Shown here: in pieces, positions 50,801-59,360 of the stretch
Layout of the letters: every line of letters starts with the position of its first letter
How positions within the stretch are numbered: position 1 is the first letter of the stretch
Origin: Zancudomyces culisetae HAW-14-8
Lineage: Eukaryota > Fungi > Kickxellomycota
Length of the DNA: 64,000 nt
Direction: 5' to 3'
Assembly (NCBI GenBank): GCA_052426225.1
Contig: JBNJNM010000013.1
Location: 124,001 to 188,000, forward strand
Translations under genes and position numbers: made by a program
The notes under the pieces: model-generated
What the model saw: the letters and a program-made list of their open reading frames with translations, nothing else
Database searches by the model: none
What the model was told of the DNA's origin: nothing

Positions 50801-51054
50801 AGGGTAATAGTCTTGTTGATAGTAATGGTGAAGATATTGTAGAGAGACCAAAGTTGATTGTTGGAATTGTTGATTTTATTCGTACCTACACTTGGGATAA
50901 AAAACTTGAAAGCTGGGCAAAGGATTCACGGTTTCTTGGGTTGTCGTATACTGGTGGGAAAGAACCCACTATTATTTCTCCACGAATGTACAAAAAACGG
51001 TTCCGAGAAGCCATGGACAAGTATTTTTTGCTATCTGTAGATAATTATGACTAG
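41809..51054 (+). CDS. FAB1: 1-phosphatidylinositol-3-phosphate 5-kinase Fab1/PIKfyve (3081 aa, intronless)
   Basis: FYVE domain (WMKDE..CMAC..RRRHHCRLCGRIFC), CCT/TCP1-like domain (YVKIKIIPGG), Cys/His-rich domain (SFGKYLEL) and PIPK domain (GGKSG, KTLDNRYIIKQ, MENLF, FDLKGS, MDYSLL, GIVDFIRTYTWDKKLE). Confidence 0.97.
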   Translation: MRENVSNKAQFVSFEDYDLKNRVKTPESVEIKGWVERMKTKFMELPNLKSTADVGTSYSNDTGKASGDHSTRGINGGRLGGRTQTDKDALDRLRKIIYKSTIQDPEGSKHKNAAIEGLEGSKMETLSRNGSVSSNRESTIEQAVSRASVFKPAKRQSMVIKQAEGAINFAGKSQGDGGGDGGIFNHSRAGYTEMRGDERSQKVRGATEPLSLRTEQIDVVVDRAVSTGLTAMMSGASSSTLGLQIRNDGVEKTYDERKDRKPLFIKNGYNVRAKKSYKERYEMEPGTGTPDSQSYLLGTSPIISSIMNQLQKTENKEFWMKDESVKACMACQRKFMAFRRRHHCRLCGRIFCGECSNYGVSGEIIGKSGKVRICKYCHKEYQNALLDENSMYLRGQNEEEEGGKRREMEEQGEIEIPKMDIGFERDKGNGKAVEEQNANEVKQEITTKEVLEEKIGEGQVNKYEKGATEVADKKEVEEQEDKKGTKNGMRFAFGDIALKIMEAENMNELYFAKKIKENQKEVGEKRKPIELYRGPKRARGNGTNGYGVDSNSDGDDNSSGNFNGKEGVEEEDDMTLGEFLGGERMRVYDRDVNMGMGMDLNMDMDMNMNMDLYMDTGLVTLEKIKKSWEEEERVVKSISRNMMVYRENKGLGGNFTERTYYQVQRMARELIRQEGVEEAEEWQEIVTKMVVYATDKVKPAAQLGGSNDLRQYVKIKIIPGGRKQDSGYLAGVIFSKDVADRHMGRTQSPVRILLLTFALSYNQNNRKYESLGKNIEQEKEYTQKLVERIVVVSRPTLLLVEKDVSRQALDQLLARNVTVVSGVKRHVMQAVAYFTGADLVTSIDKLALGPQVGSCQSMSVQTFDDPRQIGGKNTVIFLSGSNPERGGTILLRGGNEEQLEKVHNVISMLLSLSYSLYLEQSLINNQYGMCIDDWSKRQSNKQMRRHGDVQMEQGEEGHYIGGSRFRPSMAGVALEKYHNRMITSSPYIKPKTPHVLKKMFEAERIVGEKSEQFQRLKIVTISNVKDKSKVKGKGKSKGGAEGDGARGGDRDGDGGGDERERGIMGLDEVRRLELRGNTVLEERGVTSKNLIARNQAGLSYLALRQQTFADEERVLQSYRGEIAPYMDEIVEGKQFIEDNPEPRGIWENQFLLLVYSVVRNRVAESKRNTNVVKICLRPKMYYIEFHCESDVTLGEYLTEMCFNLDMDCLGNIPCPEPMYHHTRMYTHGSGRVEVSVDEMPCPILGMSEYLIMWEQCGVCGTKTPYMRLSSQTWNVSFGKYLELFFYGGDSIYPRGSLCPHRLYRDYVHYFAMRNMAVKITYTSLILYDVCPPKPPLNFALETNIQLKAKESEDLEARIDSYYNSILDYISEFIDQNQVVNLYPQLLDRCKDALNDLRQRAVCEHIYFKQSLKQTLENSHPANTLALMVVYEKLQEKVVEWDEELAVLEDHFLYSVEYLLATKKKEQQQERKKQKKEQALEQEPEEEKLKESKESKESKESKEAEAGDIVSSKLGGTGMFGGGVVYSQNTTATRTSPNFDESAPEMPSLSPCREFSLSLLDEYQVNPTRAHNRRLSMEFLMLHKTHNSRFLNFTSPPPAAQATPPQPQEQEQGQGQGQGQGQGKGQPQEPLQEQEQEQVSITPIVPTQGVIQTKTQIQMRSSTPPVPGQLSTVSTTVGSISRPKASSNPLTNKSIDMYSYSMTEHSYRMDQVLGSPSIYQVFPSGSKTRTLDSQTNAIEKMPSIAETISNTNGSLKLQKVKDNDSTMVKRNSQREKSVGGYNGVIGLSKNLNSIFNKHKDNGGVLNRESIINYYQNQKVNKNRQKHHVYSDANKGKMGSENEDGNKSRLSKIIVFSNDSSVAENSKIFRNKLHKRSNSQSSLGNNSPMNNTDMDDQRSVVRYNVHSNTGISSDGEINFGSVGSYVNRKKYRQTKSPWNIFREGILQVFKPKNKPTSKLLTYPYKQQQQQEEIIDTRSSNQAPVLSSLFLFGNTSSNNNNNNYNNSNNNNSNINGVLKKYIPYQNNGGRGGIYTTNIASKLPLQLEYPAHLIQEPNYTNDHNNNNKNNNNNSSHGGENEGDEREESIFESASSQIYGEDDYVENELDIKEQVKEDGKTRYLRSEQYSRIRNGNGNGNGNGNGNENENQNGNDNDSDSDSGEEESDSSSSSFFSLDSLANSIKNTEYNDDSRNGNRNGSIKGSGNGNRNEHRHVLGDLLDETEPHSEFYREENVNVNNTDTDADVASKTEMGLSKSYNIGGMEFGHSHEECRGIMDKTRGKLRRKKSIIEAMQLSESPNNTNPTNSRMNLAAENKENSGGLGLLDEKANVEYREYENEQRGQQNPKQLGKIWKGLLSRLLDNEEADKTSYIEINNRSRRKYPMREMSMVELGEKKLIGGDKRVTGLSGALMGGAGGGGGGGGGKGGFLDAANGRGGIRRQRGSRRFNLWYPLQPTDHIIPGCPVMVRETEPSSILALTLSSLEYQEKLDELIEDFKAKRAEQRKVRRIMMNVRGKQEGGRMQGEGERKYGEKEEKEYAGEESGRYGYGYGYGYGGEDEDADADEDEDEDADEKQGDDLEIAMVQMPGHHIRFSFTTASGASFTCKLFYVAQFDAMRKINGCEETFIESLSRCCEYAAKGGKSGMTFMKTLDNRYIIKQVSSVEMRAFIQFAPVYFEHMMKTYNKNEMLTLLIRIFMLAKLTVTEESESDEVNRKNYRDGEKSGQEKGGKRRKGKDKGEGGGDGDGDGDGGRDQERDRERERGKRRGKGRERERERERERGREKERGERGSSAGIGLGLRYEDREAPHRRRSRVKKINVIVMENLFYNHKVDVVFDLKGSVSNRLVPVTMPIPMPVLNAVSSYNLGGDKNKREKQMNGNEVNSDGGSNSGSGSGSGNDNDNVVVFQDENFLNLHGITHNPISITKAAKDYLHDAIWNDTLFLSKLDVMDYSLLCGIAYPKSRQSKANITSINGIGNIGGGGSGGGGNGNGDSGGGGGGGGGEGNSLVDSNGEDIVERPKLIVGIVDFIRTYTWDKKLESWAKDSRFLGLSYTGGKEPTIISPRMYKKRFREAMDKYFLLSVDNYD

Positions 51055-51089
51055 AATTTTTTTTTTATCTTTATAAATAATAAAGGGCA

Positions 51090-51192
51090 AATAACAATAA
51101 CAACAACAATAATAACAACAACAACAACAACAAATAATAATAGTAATAATAATAATAATAATAATAATAGCAATAATAATAATAATAATAAT
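51090..51192. repeat. (AAC)n/(AAT)n trinucleotide microsatellite between the convergent FAB1 and KH genes
   Basis: Direct repeats visible in the sequence. Confidence 0.92.
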
Positions 51193-51200
51193 ATCATTGA

Positions 51201-53024
51201 TTATATCTGTCCTAAAGCAGTCTCCAAATCAGCAGCAAGTTTGGCATTAGCCAACCTTCGTTCACGCTCAGCTTCCAATTGACCATACAGCAAATACAAG
51301 GCCTTTTCGTTGCATTCGGGAGTACCCGAAATTGTAAACAACCGATCAGCAGTAGCATCGGTTGCAGAAGCCTTGGCTATAGCAATCCTAGCACCACTGA
51401 TACGTCGGATTTCGGTGATTCGTGATCCACCCTTTCCAATTATACAGCCAACCATGTCGCCTGGAATTGAAATCTCCTGCGTCTTGATATATCCAGCCGA
51501 AGGACCAGCTGGCCCACCTGGTTGCACCATTGAAAATGACCGATATCGCCCTCCACTTCCACTTCCACCTCCACCTCCTTCTGCTACCACATGTGACATT
51601 CGATGCATATGTCGACCTGTTCCACCTACACGCCGCCCAACTCCACCCAGTCTCCCAAACTCACCCGTCAATTCAGCCATGTTTGCACCAACATCTGATG
51701 TCTGTTGTTGCTGTTGTTGTTGTTGTTGTTGTTGTTGTTGTGGCATAGGCATTGATGAAACTGTCAAATCCCTGCCAAATCCTAATCCTGCTGTTGTGGT
51801 ATATGCACGCTTTTGTCTTACACTTCTGGATTTTTCAATTGCAGTACTGGCACGACCCACTTCTAGACCCAGCTCGGCAACATCCACATCTACATCTACA
51901 TCTACATCTAGACCTACATTTCTATCTCTATCTCTATCTGTATCTCTATCCCCATCTGTGCTTACATCTACGTCCCTTCCACTCTCAAAGTTATAACCAT
52001 AACCATAACCATAGTTATAACCATATCCGGAGTTGTAATTGTAACCACTGAAATCAGATAATCGCCGGTTGCTACTACTGACATATGGATTCGAAAGCGA
52101 CGAAACCGTTGGTACGCGTGACGCAGGATTATACAGTACCGTGCCAACTCCACGATCCAAGTCTTCCAACAAACATAACCCAACCTCGTACACCGCACGC
52201 GTCACCCCAAATACTGTGCCGTGGATTTCAACCACCCGTTCCGTTGACTGTGGTAGCATCTCCTTGGTTGCTATCAATTTGCATCCCGTCGCATCCTGGA
52301 TGTTCTTGATCTTGATACCTTGCTTGCCAATAATCGTGCCCATCAGGTTGTGTGAAATCAGCAGTCGCAGTACCACATGTCCCGGCTGGATTGCCGCGCC
52401 TGCTGTTGCCGTCTCCCCAACCTCCTCACCACGCACATCTGCTCCCAGGTTCTCCAGAAATAGTTTTGCCACTGCGCCAAACGCATTTGTCACGTCCTCT
52501 AGCTTGCCTGTCGCTGTAAAAATCCGTCCCACTACCCGCGGAACCGCCTTACTGACTCCCGATCGTACATTGTGCTTTTCGCGTATTTCCGCTATTACTT
52601 TCCCCGCTCTACCTATTATAATCCCTGCCTCCTTTGAGCTCACCAATGCTCGAAGCGTTAGGAACACTTCCTCTCCTTCTCCTTTTTCTCCTTCCTCTCC
52701 TTCTGCCTCTTCACTCTTTCCACTTTTCCTTCCATCTCCTTCTAGTTCCTCTTCCAACTCTTCCTGCTCCTTTCCCAACACGTACCTTCCTCTTCTCTTC
52801 TCCTCCTGTCTCTCGCTGCCATACTCACCCTCCTCTTCCTCATACTCATCTCCTCCACTACTACCATCGCTGCTTGGTGCTTGTGGAAATTCCTGCGTTG
52901 TTTTCATCATATCTGCTCTGTGAAATATCTCAAATATCGTACCACTCTGCTGTCTTTGTGTTTGCATTTGCTCATTGACGTCTTCATTTTCATTTTCTCT
53001 ACTCTTTTTTTCTATAGATGCCAT
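51201..53024 (-). CDS. Three-KH-domain RNA-binding protein (Pbp2/Rnc1/hnRNP K/PCBP-like)
   Basis: Three GxxG KH motifs: AGIIIGRAGK, MGTIIGKQGIKI and VGCIIGKGGSRI. Also EMLPQSTER and ALYLLY. Confidence 0.93.
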   Translation of the reverse strand: MASIEKKSRENENEDVNEQMQTQRQQSGTIFEIFHRADMMKTTQEFPQAPSSDGSSGGDEYEEEEGEYGSERQEEKRRGRYVLGKEQEELEEELEGDGRKSGKSEEAEGEEGEKGEGEEVFLTLRALVSSKEAGIIIGRAGKVIAEIREKHNVRSGVSKAVPRVVGRIFTATGKLEDVTNAFGAVAKLFLENLGADVRGEEVGETATAGAAIQPGHVVLRLLISHNLMGTIIGKQGIKIKNIQDATGCKLIATKEMLPQSTERVVEIHGTVFGVTRAVYEVGLCLLEDLDRGVGTVLYNPASRVPTVSSLSNPYVSSSNRRLSDFSGYNYNSGYGYNYGYGYGYNFESGRDVDVSTDGDRDTDRDRDRNVGLDVDVDVDVDVAELGLEVGRASTAIEKSRSVRQKRAYTTTAGLGFGRDLTVSSMPMPQQQQQQQQQQQQQTSDVGANMAELTGEFGRLGGVGRRVGGTGRHMHRMSHVVAEGGGGGSGSGGRYRSFSMVQPGGPAGPSAGYIKTQEISIPGDMVGCIIGKGGSRITEIRRISGARIAIAKASATDATADRLFTISGTPECNEKALYLLYGQLEAERERRLANAKLAADLETALGQI

Positions 53025-56000
53025 TTTTGTATTCTTTTTGTACCCGTTTGTATTTTAATCTAGATTTGTTTACTATTTGTTACTTGTTTATTTGCCTGTT
53101 TGATCGTTCCTCTTTCCAACAACTAGTTTGTTTGTACAGCTCTTTATTACTGCGATCTATTTTCCTTGTTTTTTTTTTAATTTCTTTCAAAAATACTTTG
53201 TTTTCGTTAATATAGAATTACACTTCACGCTTGTACTTTTCTCTTCCTCTTTGTTTTTCTACTTTATGTTAGATATCGAAAAATACAAAAGGTTGTAAGA
53301 TTGCTGCTATCTCTGTATGGTCTTTACCCGCAAATAAATAGAATGGTAATAGGTACGTGGTCAGGGATGGTTAGTAGGTAAACCAAGCTAGGTGCTATGT
53401 TTAATGTTTAATGTTTAATGTTTATTGCAAAGGCTGGCAAACCCTTTTATAAGAATATGTTTAAATTATTTTGAAGTTTTGTTTATGTAATTTATTCCCT
53501 CCTAGTTTGTTTTTTTTTTCACTTCTTTCCCATTCCCTTTCCACATTTTTACCCTTTTTTTCTTTTTTTTTTCTTATTTTGGTTTGGTTAGATTAATTTG
53601 GTTTGGGTTGATTTACATTTGGAAATTCACAAATTTGAAATTGGAATATTAACGGAATTGAAATGTTTATCCAGCCAGGTTAGAGGTTTAAAAAAATAAT
53701 AAATTATAACATAATTGCGAACGTAGACACAGTCAAAAGTGCATTAATTAACATAAACAAAACTATTTTTAATAAAAGAACGAAAAAACTAATTAAAATC
53801 AAATCATGGCAATCAAGAAAAAATAAGTAGAAAAATAGAAGAATAGAAAAATAGAAAAAACGTGATATATTCGCTACACTTATTCTTTTTTTTTTAGAAA
53901 AAAAGTCATTCATTTTTATTTTCTCGTTACAACTCGAATCTCTCTATATACGCGCACAACACACATAAATACAAATAAATGCCTAAATTGGCACATTACT
54001 ACACCTTGCATTTGTATAACACAAATATATTTCTATGTATACATTCATACTTGCTTTTCAACACTTTTTCCTAAACACCAACACAAATTTTGGAAACCTT
54101 GGAAATCATGCATAATATTTTTTCTTTGTTTTTTAGTGCAGTTTTTTTATTATCTTTTCTTCCTCACTCCTCACTTCATCCCCCCATCCCCTCATCCCCT
54201 CATCCCCCATTATATTAGTTTTGTGTTACTTGTATGAGACTATCATCATTATTTAATTATTCTTCATTTTTTTCATTTAGAATAAGGAGAGGAGGGAGGA
54301 GGCGAAAGGAGGGAGGGAGAGCGCCATTTTCATTTAGGTTTTTTTTTTGTCTTTTTTCATATATTTCTAAACTCGATACAAATGATAGCCATGTCCTTAC
54401 TCTTATCCCTTTTTTTGTATGACTATCTGTCTCAATTACACACGCTCCTCACCATCATTCTCATTCTCATTTTCATTCCCATTCCCATTCCCATTCACAT
54501 TACTATAGCCATTTTCGTTTTCATTCCCACACCCGCACCTGTTTCCACTCCCTGTCCCCTCCCCTTATCACTTCTCCGCTTTTATTTTTCTTGCCTTTAC
54601 ATCCGAAATTACCTTGAAACAGTATATTACCCGACTTTTATGTACTGCCAGTGCATTATCAATGATTTAGGCAATCAATCAATCGATTTTAATTATCTAA
54701 TGACACCAATTTCAACTTTTAAAAACTGGCGGAAATGGTAATTATCAACCAAAAGTGATTTACGCATCTTATACAATCCTCAGAGATATCAACTCCCACC
54801 CATTCCATTTATTTTGCCTCTTGCAACTATTTGCTGTATCTTCAAACATCCTCCATTATCTATCCCCTATCCCCTATCCCCTATCCCCTACCATCTCGCC
54901 CTTTTTCTCACTTCCCTTTAATGAAATGTCCTAAATCATTTCTTTAGTTTTTCGTAATATCCATCCAAACAACTCGTTCTTCAATATGTTCTATTCTTGG
55001 TACTATCAAGAAAAATGAAAAAAAAAAGTAAAAATTAGAATACTGGGAACTATGAAAGTATATATCCAGATCCAGCATCGTTTCTTATGCACTATACTTA
55101 CTCTTTCAATCAAAAAAAAACATCACTTTGTTTTTCTACTTACGCACATCTAAACACTTTATTTTTCGCTTTTCATCTCATCTATTCGTTCATCTCAAAT
55201 ATTTTAAACATTTAGAAATATCGTATACACTAGCCTTTTGATTCGCTAATTCCTGGTTGGCTTTTTATTTTTTTAATGTTTTGCAACACTTAAAAGGTAT
55301 ATATTAATATACCATATTTGATTTTCCGACATTAAACATTTATACCATCAAAATAAAAACAGAAAATTTGAACAGTTCATCTATACACTGAAGGCGTAGT
55401 TTAGAGCACAAGATAATCTCAGTATTTTTGTGCTTGGATATCCATTGCATAACATACATGATCAATATATGATGTCGATCCGTTTGGCGTAATTAAACCA
55501 GAAAATTCTGAACAATGTGCTAGAACATCGCAAACCCCCCCCCCGCTCGAGATGACAATCTTGAACGCAGTATTTTGCATATATTTACCGATTATATAAC
55601 TCTAAGGCTCGGGTGAATCCAAAAAAAGTAAAAACCAGATAAACTAAATAAACTAAATAAACCACATATACCCCTCATTTCCGTTGTGTGGCTAAATTCT
55701 CCGAATCTATTCTCAACAAGAAAAGTTAAATAATAAAAAGCTATGAAATTGCCATTTGGAAAAATTGAGCTTGAAAATTAGGAGGCTACAACTTGTTGGT
55801 TATTGATTATTGGTAAAAAAAAAGAAATTCTAATGCGGAAATTACTGACTTTGATGCACTATTAGCTTTAATTCTTGGGTTATTTTTACCACCAAAACTT
55901 TACGCTTTGTTTTATAACTTAAAATTACACTCTAGGATTTAAAACAAAAAACAAAAAACAAAAAAAAAGCTAATACCACCAAACTTCCAATCCCAAAAAA

Positions 56001-56055
56001 AAACGAACTACAAATCACCTCAATTTACCTTCATTCACACCACGACAAACCCACA

Positions 56056-57757
56056 ATGCTGTGCCTTAGAAAAACACTCTTCTTGGTATACAGTTTATTC
56101 TTGTATTTCCTGTCTGTGTCCGCAGAGGACTCGCTACATTCAAAAATGCTAGCCGAAGAAACCAAGAAGAGCAAGACTGGCGTTGTTAAAATCACTGGTG
56201 AAATTTTGGTCGATGTCATACGTAAAGAGGATAAGGAAACATCTCTTGTCACACTGCTGACAGCTAATGATGATAGATTCGGATGTTCACATTGCCTGTA
56301 AGTACGAGTTTTTTTTTTCTTTCCAGATTTTCAAATTATGTTACTCAATATTATATTCTCTGCCCCTTCTCTACATTTTTTCCTTTTCTAAAAAGAAAAA
56401 AGAGACATGAATACGTGGATATGTGGATAAAGCTGGTGGTATTCTTGTGTATAACATTAACATTCAGTTGAATTAATGCATAGTGAAATAACGAAATACT
56501 TTGAAGAGGTTGCTGTTGCCTGGAAAAAGAATCAAAAGATTGAAAATTTGTTTTTCACGGTTATCGATGCGGCAGATGACATCAAGCTGTTTAGACAGGT
56601 AAATTGCGTTTACGAGACATTCACAATATATTGCACATGGTTGGACTATATAACTGTGACACACCACTTATTTATACAAGTACTGATATTGAAACGTGTA
56701 TTAAAAATTGTGTGAATAACTGATACTCCAAATAGCTGGGTGTAAGATATCCTCCAAAGATAATTGCAATTTCAGATAATCTAAATCCGTCAAAATCCTC
56801 GGATAGAACAGCAGAACTCCCAGTTGACATGATGTAAGTACTTTTCGTATCTCTCTGTACTTGAAACAATGGATGTCTTTGAAAAAAAAAGTCAAAAGCA
56901 AACCTAGATTTTATTTGGTTGTATTGGCATTGTAATTTAACGGGTGAAACCAAATGATGAAAAAAATAGAACATCGTCAAAAGATTTGGCACGTATGCTA
57001 CAAGACTTGTATGGTGTAGAGGTAAAGTAATTTTCACTTTCTTATGAGCCACTGATGTGAATAAACACAAAAGTATATATATTTTCCCGAGAAACAGAAG
57101 CCGGATCGCTTTTGCGTTATTTGTATTACTGGCTAAAATTTATATGTACGATGTATAATGTATCATTTAAATAGTTTGGGTATGAGGTTAAGGTTGACTT
57201 TAGTCAATATTTCAAAATGGCGGGATACACAGCTTTAGCTCTTGCATTTGCGTACTACTTATTCAAAAACGCAGAAAAAACAGAAAAGCTGTTACGAAAC
57301 CTAATCTCAGCTGGAGTGATGCTGTTTTGTGTGTTTATGTTGTCGGGATACATGTGGAATACGATTAAAAACCCACCGTACCAAGGGCGTGTATCTAAAG
57401 AGACTGGAGTATTTGCCAAAGGAACCAGTGAGCAATACGGAATAGAGACCAACACAATGGCAATGTTGTGTAAGTCATATTTATATTTGTTTTTGTTTAA
57501 TGGGGGTGATTATACATTACATTCCTTTGAAGAAACTAAAAGTTAGTCGGTTATTTATTCGGATTAATATTTAAATAGATGGAATAAATGTGATTTTGGT
57601 GGCTTTTCTATCCAAACGAGTACCAGCAATTGAAAAAAAACCGCTGCAAATAGCTATGGCAATTTTGGTGATGGCTGCATTACTGATCACCAACAGTTAT
57701 ATATACAGAAACATGGGGTATAAGAGTCAAGGTTATCCATTCAGAATTCTGTTTTAG
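56056..57757 (+). CDS. Oligosaccharyltransferase subunit Ost3/Ost6 (MAGT1/TUSC3 family), multi-exon
   Basis: Signal peptide, thioredoxin-like LLTANDDRFGCSHC (CxxC), LFFTVID, SGYMWNTIKNPPY, QYGIET and C-terminal KSQGYPFRILF. Includes a short exon at ~56970-57021 (TSSKDLARMLQDLYGVE). Confidence 0.92.
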
Positions 57758-57987
57758 AGCATTTCAATGGAATCTTACGGGGAAATCTGATGCACCTTTG
57801 TAGTGTTTATTGTTGTGGAAAACAAAATACATATCTACCACTTTATAGTTTTTACATTTAATTTATTTCTTTGAATTGAAAATAAAAGAAAAAGAGATAA
57901 ACGACAGTACATATATATATATATATATGTGATTGTGTGTGTATAGTGTGGTATATCTACAAGTACATTCTAAAATGGTAGTTAAAT

Positions 57988-59040
57988 TTACAAAAACGAG
58001 CGTAATCCTGATAAGAAGAGCATAGATTTATGCCTACGAGTTTTTAACAGTGATAGTCGATTTTCTGGACATGATGAGTACCGCTCCAAACAAGAACAAA
58101 GAGAGTCCAAGACGTTGTAGTATTGTTTGGCAGAATATAGCAGAACTTGTGATGTGGTTGGAAATTGATCTCTACAAACCTCCTTTTGCTCTTTGTCTTG
58201 CTCCTGTGGTTGTGGTTGTGGTTGTGGTTGAATGTGAAGAGTGCTTTTACCAGAACTGGTTGTAGTTTTTTTTGCCTGTGCAACAACATGGGTCCAAATT
58301 TTTCCATATACATTTTCAGAAATTTCAGTGGGGTAGTTGTCACTGAAGCTATTATGGTTATCAATACCAAAATTGACATGTTCTGAGCTGATCAAGTCGT
58401 CAAGCTTAATTGTGGAGTTTGTTAACAACAGCCAGAATGCGGAATCTTTAGCCCCTTCCAAGGAAAGAACAAAGACCAAATGTTCGGCTAATGCTCTTTT
58501 CAAGTATTGGAAAGTATAATCAAGTAGAGTTTCTAGAGTAAATGCGACTTCGGAGTATAGCTTTAACGAAATACTGGACTTTAGATACGCCTTGTATAAG
58601 GTGATTGTCAGCTTATAGAATACAAACAGTGATAAAAATGACTGACTGTCAACGGATTTGTTGCTAGAACTCATGGTATTAGTAGCACTTGAATTTCCTT
58701 CTATATTTTCCTCCTCCTCGTCTTTCTCTTTCTCTTTCTCTTTCTCTTTCTCTTTCTCTTTCTCTTTCTCTTTATTACTCTCGAGATTTTTAATGTTTGT
58801 GTAGTTAAACTCGTCGCTGTAGGTAGACAGGTTTCTGAGGATATTTTTCGTATCAACAAAAATTGCACGATCTAGTGAGGTACGTGCGGGTAGGTTGTTA
58901 ATCAACATGAGCATCTTGGCAAGGTACCGATTTTTACTCTGGTCATCGCAGTATAGTGCAGCTATACAAAGGACTCGTAAAGATATTTTGGTTTCCGCAG
59001 GAAGATGAATATTTGATTCGATCAACTCGAAGAGCGTCAT
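57988..59040 (-). CDS. Hypothetical protein (350 aa, helical, with EK and PQ repeats)
   Basis: Long ORF with an AAATAATG start context. Family not recognised. Confidence 0.7.
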   Translation of the reverse strand: MTLFELIESNIHLPAETKISLRVLCIAALYCDDQSKNRYLAKMLMLINNLPARTSLDRAIFVDTKNILRNLSTYSDEFNYTNIKNLESNKEKEKEKEKEKEKEKEKDEEEENIEGNSSATNTMSSSNKSVDSQSFLSLFVFYKLTITLYKAYLKSSISLKLYSEVAFTLETLLDYTFQYLKRALAEHLVFVLSLEGAKDSAFWLLLTNSTIKLDDLISSEHVNFGIDNHNSFSDNYPTEISENVYGKIWTHVVAQAKKTTTSSGKSTLHIQPQPQPQPQEQDKEQKEVCRDQFPTTSQVLLYSAKQYYNVLDSLCSCLERYSSCPENRLSLLKTRRHKSMLFLSGLRSFL

Positions 59041-59360
59041 TATTTCGAATTTTTCCTTTTGTTATTCTTATTACTATTTTTGTTGTTGTTTTTGTTGTTG
59101 CTTTAGTTGGCTAATTGCCATGATATTCTAATTTTAAAAGTATGAAAGTTTATACTTTAAATCCTTTTGCTTGTACTTTTACTAGTATTTGAATTTTTTT
59201 TTCATTGGCGATTTAAGAAAGATATTATAGTCATAAATTTTTATACACTTTTTTCGAGTAAAAAAAAGAAATGTATGGGATATATATGCAATATTAAAAT
59301 ATACAGTCAAAGAACATAAGATAAGCAAATAGGGTAGTGTGTAGTAGGTGTATATAGAGG

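Noticed and set aside
53025-56055. Short ORFs in the 3-kb divergent region between the KH gene and OST3/6
   Set aside because: They are low-complexity F/I/L-rich translations of AT-rich DNA and microsatellites, with no coding signal.
56950-57060. Possible intronic C/D snoRNA (ATGATGA ... CTGA) in the OST3/6 gene
   Set aside because: The intervening sequence is better explained as a coding exon (~56970-57021) that keeps the OST3/6 reading frame.
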